The notes under the pieces were generated by a model that saw nothing but the letters and a program-made list of their open reading frames with translations, ran no database searches and was not told the DNA's origin. From assembly GCA_949358305.1 (NCBI GenBank), contig OX442314.1:7440001-7504000 (forward strand): 64,000 nt of DNA, in the 5' to 3' direction. Position numbers and translations under genes: made by a program. Of this stretch, positions 13,345 to 26,200 are shown piece after piece (position 1 is the stretch's first letter; each line of letters opens with the position of its first letter). The DNA is from Strigamia acuminata. Taxonomy: Eukaryota.

Positions 13345-15476
13345 TGTATCTTATTTAAATCCAAGGTTTATTCTGTAATGACAATTGATGATTGATTACC
13401 GTATTTTGTCGATTAATTGCCGCGGCACTTATTCAAAACTGCCATTTTTGTCGGCATTTACAATTTTGGTTTTTCATTTGTTACATTTGTTTAATGTAAC
13501 AAACGAAGTCTGAACGTCACAAACGAAGCGTACGTTTATCGTTCGTGAGGTTAAATACTACTATTCGAGGGCGACTACAATTCAAGGGCGGCTACAGTTT
13601 GAGGGCGGCTACAATTCGAGGGCTACTCTGAATCGGTAAAATACGGTATAAACAATTTAATTATTGAATAGAATAAGTGTAGATGTTACGATCTTTTTAC
13701 CAGCTTTTGGTGGTGTGAAAATTTTGAAACATGGTCGACCCGTTGCAGAACCAGGTGACGCCCATTCGAAAGTCAAATTGACCGACTGGATTAAAAAAAC
13801 CAGTCAGGCCGAAAACGATATCGTGACATCGGTCGGATTAGACCGAATTCGTTATAAGTTTATATCGAAGGACTTACGACCGCGTACGATATATAAAAAT
13901 TGCTCGAACAAGTCTACGAGGATGAAAATCATGTCACTGTCAACGGAAGTCATCACAAAAGGATTATCATCCAAAGACGAAATTCAAACTATTCGCGCTT
14001 GTAAGCTTATTTTATTATACTTACCTTGTATTTATTTTATCCCCAGACATTATTAACCACTTTATTTCAGAGACAAAGTCTGTTTACAGCATCTCAACAG
14101 TAAATTAACCCGGATCACTGCATACTCAAACCCACTCTAAGCGTGGCCTAACTCTCATTGGCTGCGCCTTATTACTCCTAACTACAGACCGTGCACTACT
14201 GCAAAGAAAAATAGTTTTGTTTATTTTTAATTGTTTTGAGTATTTTAATTATTAGAATCATGTATTTTTTTTATGTTATAAAAAATGTTTATTTCATTTA
14301 CAAGATAAAGTTTTATATTGTTTTTCTTTCAACAAGCATCCTTGATTAGTTTTTTGGTTGCTTTGTCAGGAAAGCAAACAATTTTCTAACTGTGACCGTT
14401 TGGCCATCCTACGTGGCCTATGTCACTCCGCACACCGCCTAAGGGCCCCAAGCCGTCCCCCTCATGGGAATGGACCAGCCTAGCAGGGGAGGAGGTGAGC
14501 TGAGTGGTGTGGTGAGAGAGAGACGTTTCCGAGGGTGAAGACGTGCTAGGATGAGCTGCCACGGTCCTAACTACAGCAGAGACAACTGCTGACTCTGCTG
14601 CTCAGTCACGCTCAGTAGCAGGATGAGAATGTTTGTCCGATGTGACCGACCACGTCACCCATGGGGCTCACTCCCTGTGTGTGACGGGTCGGTTACCGGT
14701 GTAGCGTGCCTACAGCCGCACAGTGGGATAGGTCCCTCCCGTGTAGTAAATCTCCATATTGGGCAGGTAAGACCATATCCAGTCACATCACAATAGGTAG
14801 TGCATGATACCCAGTTTAAGCGGTACTGTGCATGGCCAAGAGGCAGCTGCGTAGGCTGTTACTCGCTGTGCAAATGTTGTGCCTACCGAGGTAGTGGCCG
14901 AGTGGTAGATCTGGCCCCTCCAATTTTACCTGTGGACGAAGACGCTGCCCAGGACCCAGGACATATTGTGCCCAGTACGGTGGACAATTACAATGTCTGT
15001 ACGTCTAATAAAGTTCTGGTGTTTTGGCCGACTTTTTGTATCACAATTCAATACACAAGTGAAATGGCTTGGCAAATGGGAGTTAGGCTACTCTTGGAGT
15101 GGGTTTGGGTGTATATTTGTTTCATACCTGCTTATAGTTGTGTGGAAAGTTGCCTGCACGTTATTTCATGTCTACCAGTGCTGTGAGTTTACAATTGACT
15201 GTTCTTTCATTGTTTACTGTAATTTCTTATTATCCATAGTAACTCTTTGTATGATGATTATTGATTTCAATTAACGTGTCTTTTGTGAGTGAAAGAAAGC
15301 TTAATTGGATTTTTGCACCATGTATACGGTAATTATTTACAGTAAACGTTTTGTTAAAAAAGAATTGATCATACAATGTCTACAACTTTGCAAGATTCCT
15401 ATATCTAGAACCGCCTATTTCTAGCACGCAAAAGCTACAGTAATTGGACGAAGAGGAAAATGGAATTATTAATTAC

Positions 15477-16819
15477 TACTAGTCAAATCCATATATCCTC
15501 ATACTCCTGTGAAAGTGAAAAAAATAAAATATTTGGATTGACCTAAAATTAAATCTAGTTTAAATTAAACCTTGAAATTTTAAGCAGTTAAATAGATACA
15601 TCTGAAGAAAGTACACACAAAATTTCATACCAATCGGGCTTAAAATAATAAAACTAGAAGCATATTCCAAAATAACATTTGATTCATATATCCTCATACC
15701 AGCTTGCACATGGTACAAATATCTTCATACTCTGTATTTTAATGTAAAAATTTTTACATTTACACAAAATTTTTATGTGAATGTGATCATATTAGTTAAA
15801 ATAGCATGTAACATTTCAAATATAGATCATTTGTCAGTAAAATGGCACCAGGAAAGGCTGTTTTCTGCACAAATACATGCCTGAATTGGCAAAGTTGCAC
15901 ATTGACCAGAACCAAATGACAGATTTGGGCCCTGGTAACTTTGCTAGGCTAGCAGCATGGAAAATGTCAGATAAAATAGTGCTTTCGGGCTCATCTTGTA
16001 CTATTTTTATGTGTCTTACAATTACACAGGAATCAGAGCTCCACTAGCAGAGAAAAATAAAAATTGACCATTTGATCATCACATGAAAAACACAATATTC
16101 TTGATGTATTAATGTACTTTGTCACATTTTTGGATAAAACACCAATTTACATGTAGGAGAAGTGATTGGCATGACTGGAAGTTGATGATATATGCAAATA
16201 GGTGAAAAAATGATTGGCATTTCTACGGCACATTTGGATGGAATTTTCAGGCCATGATGAATCAGATATAAAGTTTTTTCAGAGGTCATAAGAACTCATT
16301 ATCCTGTAGCAATATGATAAAAGATAAAATTAAAGTATACACTGCTATTCTTAAGGGAATACTATAAGTTTTAAAAGGAAAATACCCCGGTCAATGTGCA
16401 ACTTTGTCATTTCAGGCATGTATTTGTGCAGAAAACAGTCTTTCCTGGTGCCATTTTACTGACAAATGATCTATATTTGAAATGTTACATGCTATTTTAA
16501 CTAATATGATCACATTCACATAAAAATTTTGTGTAAATGTAAAAATTTTTACATTAAAATACAGAGTATGAAGATATTTGTACCATGTGCAAGCTGGTAT
16601 GAGGATATATGAATCAAATGTTATTTTGAAATATGCTTCTAGTTTTATTATTTTAAGCCCGATTGGTATGAAATTTTGTGTGTACTTTCTTCAGATGTAT
16701 CTATTTAACTGCTTAAAATTTCAAGGTTTAATTTAAACTAGATTTAATTTTAGGTCAATCCAAATATTTTATTTTTTTTAATTTTACAGGAGTATGAGGA
16801 TATATGGATTTGACTAGTA
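15477..16819. mobile_element. Foldback-type non-autonomous DNA element with ~430-bp near-perfect TIRs
   Basis: 15477-~15907 is the reverse complement of ~16389-16819 (tactagtcaaatccatatatcctcatac... / ...gtatgaggatatatggatttgactagta). No internal ORF. Confidence 0.85.
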
Positions 16820-16886
16820 TACAATCAATTTTTGAGGTAAAACTTCTGTGGCGGAGCAGGTACTTCAAACCGGAAGTGACAATTGC

Positions 16887-17250
16887 TGCGATCCGGGTAT
16901 TTATTAAATAAAACAATAATACCCAGGCGAGATGCCATTTATAGGAATTAAACTCTTAAAAATGTCTAGGGAGATGAAATGAATACATGTTTGGTTAAAA
17001 TAAACAAGATCAGGATTCATTTTTATTCGATTAAAATACACAATAAATTAATAATAAATTAGAGATAAATACGAAATAAATAGAAAAGGAAATAAAACAA
17101 TGATGTTCAACAACAACTCGTTTTTGCACGCAAATGGTGACGTCTTCGCCTCTCAAATGCACTCGCATGTACGACGGCGATGGTAGGAGCTCCGGAGTAA
17201 CTCGCGGTGGCTCCTACGATGGCGGTGGTTCACGACGAGCATGGGGCTCT
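16887..17250 (-). mobile_element. Degenerate LTR 3' fragment related to the Gypsy A LTR
   Basis: The reverse complement contains acccggatcgcagca (LTR end), cgtgaaccaccgcc and gccgtcgtac, in the same order as in 9975-10403. Confidence 0.6.
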
Positions 17251-17270
17251 GGGCGCTACCCAAAGATTGC

Positions 17271-17688
17271 TATACTCTAACCGAACTCAAATTGAAGCAA
17301 CAGTCCCATTGGTCGAGCCAGTTTACTGGTGTAGTAATCCGGAAAAGTAGACCCAAACACCAGAATTGAAAGCAATGTACAGACATTGTAATCGATTGCC
17401 TAGGCAACTGCCAACAATTCAAAATTCCAGACGATGTAAGCAATAAACATAACAAACATGAGTTTGACATTTCTATGTGTGTAAAACTTCATTTAAATGA
17501 TGGAAATAACATTTTATAATAAGAAAAATCAAAATTACATTAACTGTAGTAGTTATAACCATCACAAAGATAAATAAAAATCAAAACTACTCCGTACTTC
17601 TCTTAGTAGTAGTATACAGTCTGGAGTTAGTAGTAAACTGGCTCGACCAATGAGACTGTTGCTTCAATTTGAGTTCGGTTAGAGTATA
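17271..17688. mobile_element. MITE with ~57-bp TIRs and TA ends
   Basis: tatactctaaccgaactcaaattgaagcaacagtc..cattggtcgagccagtttact, and its reverse complement at 17632-17688. Confidence 0.8.
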
Positions 17689-18205
17689 AATGCGTGTATC
17701 GAGCAGTGGTCGACACACACAAGAGACAATGCTGATTTCGCTGAGTGAATATTGAATACCGAAATACTGGTTTTTTCCAAAAGTCCTGATTTTGAGAAAA
17801 CCTAATCAGAAATCACTGATCTCCAGCCAAAATCATAAAATCAATAAAAAAAAGTTTAAAATACAATTTAAAAAAATTAACTGATGAATTAGTTAATCTG
17901 ATTAAACATGACTAAATTTTTTTCCTTCAATTTAGTCAATTGAAAAAAATCTTGGATTGGGATGCCTTCTCAATTAACCACGGAGTATTATTTATGTCTG
18001 TTTAAAGAACAATGGAAGAATGGTGGATTGGGAATGATGGTGGCAAAAAAAATAACCCAGTTATTGGCCAAAAAATCTATAGGCGCCGGGCCGGTATTAG
18101 CGCCGGGTTTCAAATTGGCGTCGGGTAAACGTTACGTCCAGCTAACATTTTATACGTACAACCGGTATTTCCGGTTGGTCAGATCTGGTATATAATATAT
18201 TAATA

Positions 18206-18890
18206 TACAGGGTGTCCCAAAAGTCTGAACCTTCCCAAGTAATTTCCAAAATACTTGAGATATCAAAACACTGAAAAAAAAACTCATACGGAAAATCATT
18301 CATTGCGAATCTGATGGCATCCTCAAATTAGACCTCAAAGATCATTTTCAAGGTCATTCATTTGCTAACTTCTAAACCAATCAAGTTAGAAAAAATTTTC
18401 AATTTCAAAGTTGTAAAGCACCATTTAATTAGTCTAGAACTGTTCTTAAAAAAATTATCTCTAACTGAAAGGTTTTGAGAAAAAAAAGTTTGAAATGTTA
18501 GTCTACTCAGCTTTGTAGCCCAAAACTATCATGTGGAATGTATTTCCAAAATAAATTATTTCCTTTCTTTTGTGTTTCCTCTCTTCTACTTACAAGTATG
18601 ACCCAATAAAGTGTCCTAATTGAGGATTAGCTTGGTTGCTTTAATAGTTTTAGGCTACAAAGCTCACTTACAAAGCTGAGTAGACCAATCTTTCAAACCT
18701 TTTTTTCTCAAAACTTTACAGTAAGAGATAACTTTTTTAAGAACAGATCTAGACTAATTAGATGGTTCTCTACACTTTTGTAATTGAAAATTTTTCTCTA
18801 ACCTGATTGGTTTAGAAGTTAGCAAATGAATGACCTTGAAAATGACCTGCAAGGTTAAATTTGATGTCATCATTTGATTGCTCTCACCCA
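18206..18890. mobile_element. Tc1/mariner-like foldback MITE (right end degenerate)
   Basis: ta|cagggtgtccc left terminus; ~200-bp internal inverted repeat, 18340-18530 versus 18645-18846. Confidence 0.55.
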
Positions 18891-19176
18891 ACTTCCTATA
18901 TGACCGCTTCATCAAAGTTAGCCTAGATGCAATTGCTCACGAAATTTGGCTTGTGTATAATCAAAGAAACAATCTTTAGAAGGACCTGTCACCTGTGCAT
19001 AAAACGTATTGTTTAGAGTATATAGTTGGGGACTTTGTTCCCTTCAGCGCTGGTTTCCTTCGCTTTCTAATAATTTAGGATAAAGCGGCATGTATACCGA
19101 CTGACATTTCATAGTTTGGCTGACAGGACTTAAACGATTCATTCTTTTATTAATATTTTATGTAATTTTGAAAATA

Positions 19177-19745
19177 CAGTTGAAACTCTTTATAACGAAT
19201 CGCAAGGGACCGGACAAATCGATTCGTTATAACGAGAATTCGTTAAAACCAATTAGCTGAAAAAAATAAAATTTTATCATAAACAACATTATTTATTCAT
19301 AAAATCATGTTAATTTTATCCTGATTCTTAAAAACTGTTGAAATTGTAAAACGAGACAAATTAAACTCAACTGCTACAATTGGTAGCTTCTTGCCATTGT
19401 TAATGGCATTAAAAATGTTCAACTTGTCCTAAATCAAAATTTCTTTTCATTTGGCAGCCATTTTAAAACAGAAAAATTTTCATTTTTTCGAAATGTGTTC
19501 CTAACATGGGCATAGGATGTTGTGAGTCATGTGATCAGTTTTGAAAATTCGTTATAACGAGGGCTTGTTGGTATTACAGTGTACATGAAAACTTGTTTGT
19601 TGTAACGAATAATTTGTTATATTGAAATTCGTTATAACGAAAATATTTAACATGGTGTTCTATGGCTGGCCAACCAAGTCATTCTTAACAATTCGTTATA
19701 TCGATAATTTGTTATATCGCGATTCGTTATAAAGAGTTTCGACTG
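19177..19745. mobile_element. Tigger/pogo-like MITE
   Basis: ta|cagttgaaactctttataacgaatcgc...gcgattcgttataaagagtttcgactg|ta, with repeated ttcgttataacga subterminal motifs. Confidence 0.85.
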
Positions 19746-22175
19746 TATCACTGTTTCATTGGCTTTCTGTACTTACAGTTTCCAAGTTTCATTTTGTGGA
19801 TCCGTAGTACTCGATCTGTTTCGTCTTGCCACAGCAATGCCTTATATTGAAGTTGTCTGTCGGGAGAATATTTTAAAATTAATGACAGCTTGAATAAATT
19901 ATCACTATGGCACGAATCATTGAAAAGGTGGTTTCAACTACCGGTAATCACCAGTTGAATGTCAGGAAACCTATCATTAAAATTTTTTTGAAAGACCTAT
20001 TTTCAGAAGAAATAATGATGTTTAATTACTATGTTGTGCACGTTTCTTCTCCAAACATGTTGTTGAAAATTTCTATTGACATTTTTCGTGTCAGCATATT
20101 CAACGACGCAAAATACCATTTTGTGAATTTCAGATAAGTTTTTTAAATTTTGTTAAGAAATTATGAAAAAAGTATTAAAAGGTGTAGATTTTTGTTTGGG
20201 ACTCCGTGCTGTACGATTTAAATGTCAACGGATATTGAGTCGCGTGTCAAAAGTGTCAAAGTGTCAAAAAAATAAATAAAATGTAGAAATGACATGTAAA
20301 AATTAAATGCACACGTGAATGAGCAGATTAAAACAAGACTGGGGAATTATCAAAGAATTTCTTTTTAATGTTTACCTTTGAGTTTAATTTTTACCATTTT
20401 TTATCGTTATCTAAGCCTACAGGTCTAATCTGTTGGAAAACAGGAATGTTTTCTTTTGTGTTTGGGGTATCTGGTTGATTTTCATTTGATCATTTTAGAT
20501 TTGGGTTTAGTTTATGTTAGCTAAAGTTTTGGAAAGGTTCAAATGCCTGGTATTATTTTTTATATTTATAGCTGTTGGAGTGTTTGGCACTCCATTTTCT
20601 TTACTTGACATTTTGTGATGCTGCCTGTGCGCAGCGCCACCTATGATTTTCATGCAAAATAAACACTCATGCAAATACCACACACCCGACTGGTCACTTC
20701 GAGGCTCCTTCATTTTCTACATCCAACTCCATCCATTTCAATCCAAAGGAATCTAAGTACAAAAACACTCCAAATTGGCGACGAGGGGGACCAAATACCC
20801 ACTACAACCAAAAAACGCTAATTATTTGGCATTTTTGGTGACTTTTCATTGAAAAGTCACCAAAAATAAACCACTTGCCGTTGGACATGGGTTTACCAGG
20901 TTTTTGGATTTACTTCTACGTACAGAATTTAAACTGTGGTTTGTAAGTCCTGATAAGGCCAATTGATGTCTTGTAATCAACTTGTAAGTACTGTGTAAGC
21001 TCTGTAGCCAAGATACACGCCCGTCCGGACAGGTTTGGAGGTCCACATTTGGTCTAGACCTATACGGTAACAGCAAGTTATTTGGTGTCAAGTAGTTTTG
21101 AGTTCAGAATCAACTGTTTTTTGTTTACTTGTGTAAACTTATTTTCCATACTAACTTTTTATAGGATAAATATTACTCCTAATTCATTTCCTATTAACGT
21201 ATTTTCAGTTATTACAAGAAAGGCTTAATTAGATTTTTGCTCAAAATATAATTATTCACAGTGAATGTAGTGTTTAGAAAATTTGATCAGACACTATTGT
21301 GTACGTCTTGGCGTATGTAGAACTAACAAGGACAAGTTAAATGGATTTCGCGGAAAATGAATTATTAATTACGGTACTAATCGTTTCAATCGTTTTTTAA
21401 ATGCGAGTTCATGCTTGAGTTCATGCGATTTGCAGTTTGATAAGCGCCACCACACGACGATAAACAGAATTAAATACAATTTTGAAAAATATTAGAATTA
21501 AAATTTAAACACTGAACAATTTTTTAACTTTATCAAAATCTGCAGAATACTCGAAATTATGACTGCAATAAATGGAAATCAAACATTTAAAAAAATGTAT
21601 ATTTTCCTTTTCGCCATCTAAATATAAATATCAAAATCCGCCACCAGATGCCACCCGTGCGCGATACCGTCGTGTGTAGTGTTTTTAAACAAAAAATCGT
21701 GCGATTTTGGACGATAATGGTACAAGTGGCTGGGTATTTATTTATATTTAGCACCATGCTAACACAAGGTTTAAACTCGAGTCAGATTTCATATACAAAT
21801 CGAAGATCTGAGGGTCAAAGGTTGAAAGCGAAAAATCTAATCAAAGCGCTCACCCAGTGCAATGATGGCGGACAAATCGCATCAAAACCTCGGTTTGTTT
21901 ACCGTTGCAAAATTTCATTTAACCAAGTAATTGATTTGTATTTCTTGTTTCAGGTTCAGCATTAATTTCATCGTTTGGTTTTGGCGTCTTTCGAGCTTGA
22001 TGTTATTTCCAAGTTGCTGCTTCGTCACGAGTTTATTATTTCTGTTCTTACTTTTCGTCTTGCTGTTAGGTAAGGTTTGTCCAATTAAGCTAAAATTATC
22101 AGACATCAGAAATTGTTTATGGGAACCAGGGAAAGGGCAAACCTGAACGAATTCGTTTCCATCATTTTGAACATA

Positions 22176-22287
22176 CAGTCAAACTTCGTTATAACGAACC
22201 ATAATGGCTTGGTTTATTGGTTGGCTTTAGAACACCATGTTAAAAAAATTTGATTTAACAAACCTTCGTTATAACGAGGGTCGACTG
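22176..22287. mobile_element. Miniature Tigger-like MITE (same family as 19177-19745)
   Basis: ta|cagtcaaacttcgttataacga...tcgttataacgagggtcgactg|ta. Confidence 0.7.
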
Positions 22288-22938
22288 TATTTAAATGACT
22301 GAAATTTTGAAAAGTTTCCCCAAATAACCGGGTCTATTCTGGCTGATACTTGTAATTATTTATTGCATTATTAATTCAAAAATACATTTAATATCGCCTG
22401 TGTGTAATAACAAATCGCATTGTGTAAGAAAATACAATTGTATGTTTTTAAAAGCTTCATACGTTTGGTATTTTTAAGAACATTAATATCTAACAAGAAG
22501 TAAATTATGAATTATGTTCTACTGAAATAATCACAACATTGAGATATCAGCGTTTCATCATAATGTTGTATTTCAGTTAAAAATGCAGCTTTAATATTTA
22601 CTAGGTTATATTTCTAATCTAAAATACGTTTTTATTATTGGAACCAAAATACAAAATATGAGTGTATAAGGCATCAGAAGAATTATTTTTATTTTTATTT
22701 TATGTAAATTTTAACTTGAATCACTCTACATTCACATCTGACTCCTAGATGAGAATACAAAGTTTATTTTGAAGTGCAAAAGTAGCAAACTTACTGCAAA
22801 TTAATGTTGTAAAAATTTTTGAACAAGTGCTTGTTGCATGTTATGAACGTTGCTAAGCAACTTTAACAATAATTTACAGTAGCGATATGAGTAAGAACAA
22901 AATTTCGCTGCATTAAACAGAAGCTTTGTGCAAAAATA

Positions 22939-23096
22939 GGTGCATTCAAAAAGTCTAAAACGTATGCAAAACTCGTTTCGTGTTTGGACGTGACGTCATT
23001 CCCATTCCCATTAAATAACATGTTATTCAATGGGAATGACGTCACGTACAAACACGAAACGAGTTTTAGAGGCGTTTTAGAGTTTTTGAATGCACC
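22939..23096. mobile_element. Palindromic hairpin MITE
   Basis: Whole-length inverted repeat ggtgcattcaaaaa...tttttgaatgcacc with ta flanks. Confidence 0.75.
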
Positions 23097-23243
23097 TAAT
23101 GCAACAATTTAATTTTGTAGCATTGTAAACTAGCCTTTAAATTAACAGCTGTAAACGATTAACAATACACTTAAACTTAGAACTAACATTTGAACAAGTT
23201 TGAAAATTGTCTTGGTCATAGATAGCTTTACCAAATTCATATT

Positions 23244-26200
23244 TTATTTCTTCTTTTGGAACCACATTGAAAAACTCTTATTCTTATACCAAGTAAAAGT
23301 GTTTAAAATGCAAATATAGAAAGACAGCAAAGACATTCCTAAACCTAATCCTATGATGCTACCGACATCGCTTAGCAATTGAGATATCGGATATGCCTGT
23401 TGCTCTTCAATACTCTCTAAGAAAGTATCAGAGAATTCAATATGAATTAATGTAAAAGGAAAATCCAATATTCTTTGCTTATTGCCATGCAAAACAAATT
23501 TCTGAAAAGTATTTTCACAAGGCAGTCTACATTTGCATTGTTTTTGATTTGAGTCAAAATTATTTAAATACATTAAATGAGCGGTAGTAATTTCTTGTGT
23601 TGTGTTACAAACTGGCAAATCTGCTCTCCAGAAATAAGGTAATCTGAAACATTTACAAACAATTGTAGTACATTGTAGGCTGCATAGCCCGGACATAGCA
23701 CCATCCGGACAGCTGTGTGGTCCGGACAGTTTGGAGGGCCTGATTTGGTCCCGCCCAATACCCAGCAATATTAAATCTCCTCTCCCATCCGGACATTCCC
23801 TAGACCGGACAAGTTTCTGGGTCCTGTCCTATGTCAGGGCTACGCAGCCTACACTGTATTTAACTTAACTGAAATGCATAAGAATTTTTTGAACGACAGG
23901 TGCATATCTATGTGTTGCTAACAGGACAAAATCATAATTGAGATGTGTAGGAAGTGAAGTTTCTGGATTAGCATACCTGCATTTAACGGTTTGAAACAGA
24001 TTGTTTTGGATGCAAGCATTTTTACACTTGAGATAAGCACTTTTGTGTTGCTCACATGGATTTTGCTTTGTATTTCTTCGTATAGTCTGTTTTATAAAAT
24101 CCAAATAAGTTAGAATGAAAGCGTGTAAGTATAGTTTGTTTAATTTATTACCTTAAGTGCTCGAAGTGTTACTATGTTCCACCAATCATACTTTAAAGTC
24201 ATAGGTGCTAAGATGTTAACTTCTTCATGTGGATTATTTAAGAAAAACTAAATACCGTATTATTATTATTATTTCATAGTAATGAATATTTATCCATAAT
24301 TGACAAAATGTTCTTTGACCAATCTTTGTATTTAATTACTGCATTGGAGTGTTGAATGCAACAAATAATAAATAAATAGTACCTTCAAATCCTGGTCACA
24401 TGGTTTGTAGGGAAATTCATTATGTAATGTAATATAAACGTAAGAATTTAGGTCCTTTGATTTTTCTGCAAAACATTGCAAAGGTCAGGATAAAATCTTC
24501 AGATGCATGAGATACAGTAGAAAGAATTTAGTTTGGGATTTCAAAACATGGTCTTAAAAATTAATGGTGTCAATTTATCACAATTCTTCAAAATGGCCAA
24601 CGATCACAAAGCTGCTACACAGCTTGCGGGATTAAAAGTTCTTACATAGCCCGGTAAAAATCAGAATAATTGATTACAGCATAAATTATTATATGCATAG
24701 TTGTCATGAACCGCATTCCGCGCTCTTTTAAATCCATTGTTTTGTACATTACACGTAATCCTATTAGCTCCTAATTGTTTAACATCTTGTGTTCTGTTTG
24801 CCTATGTTAAAATAAACCTAATTCCTTAATGATTTACCTGAATTCCTCCATTGATTGATGTTTCGTGTTGAGTTTATCCCTTGGACTGTTCTGGTTCAAT
24901 TTATTAATGTTAGTTTTAAGAGTTTATGTTTATATAACGTGTAAGCCCATGAGCTTAATGAGAGCTTTAATTAGCCATTGGCCATTTTGGCAACCTTTCT
25001 TCCTGTGTTAATTCACAATACGCTTCCGTGCAGTTTAAATTACTCATGGTGTGCTCTCAATAGTCACTCCACGTGTTTGTTCATATTTTATATTTTAGAA
25101 ACCTCTTCTTTTTGTTGATCTGTTCTATTTAATGTTTAATGCCGTTGATATGTGCCTAAGGATCGGAATTAAGCCCATTTGCCATTGTGTCTTTTTCTGT
25201 ATCTTTTGTGCACGGAGTTAAAGCGCGATTGCTCGATTTGGCCATCTCCCCATAAGAGATCCTAACCAGTTTGGCGCGGCATTGGTTTCTACGGTAATCT
25301 GGTCGTTGATGACAGCCATAACGGCACGTAACCTCAACTGGACTGTGGATACGCGCTGGGTTGGTACAAAACATATTTCCACTTGAGCCGAGTAAGGCAT
25401 ATGCCGACTTATTGAACAGTAAAAATATTTTTTGTTGAAAAAATCGAATTGTGCGCCCACTGATGCCGCCCTAGAAATATGTGCACCCACAGATGCCGCC
25501 TCTGGAAATATGCCACCTGAGGCAACCGCCTCACCGCCTCACACCTCGCACCGGCCCTGCAATTATTCTTGCTTTTTATAATTCCAAAGAACCCATGCTT
25601 AATTTGTGAATGATCGAGCGAGGGGATAGCTCGCCGCCACACTTCAGGCGGATTATCACAAAATAAGCCTTCGTTCAAACAAGGCCCTCCTAATTTTGTA
25701 CCCGGCATGTCTTTCAAACGTGTTTACCCTTTCTTATAAATTTAATAAAAAAGCACATTATAATTACCTATGTTAATTCGTGAACAATTACCAAAAGGAA
25801 GTGGAATAGGATGCATTGATATATTTAATTTTTTTTTATATCCATAAAACATCTACAAAAAGAATAATTTTCATTTCTGCGTTTCTTTTTGGAATAAAAC
25901 ATACTACTAGTACGGACATACCTCATTATCAATATCAATTGCGTTAAGAACATTGAGTGTTTCCCAGATTTCTACAAGTGACAAGTCGTTATTGAACAAT
26001 TGCCAAGGCGATATCTCACTGCAGGTTTTGTTAGTGTGGTTCAGTAAATATGATCTGGCTTCGTCCATATCATCATTTTGGTGTTCAGCACAGAGGGTGA
26101 CTGACGGAAATTTGGTATGACGACGTTGAACTATTTTAACCATTAATGTTACCGGTTCATCAATGTAGTAGTTGATACGAATTTGCAGCCAATATAAAGT

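Noticed and set aside
25140..25730. GC-richer stretch with short ORFs in ENaC intron 7
   Set aside because: No recognisable domain or termini; exons 7 and 8 join in phase without it. Probably a decayed repeat.
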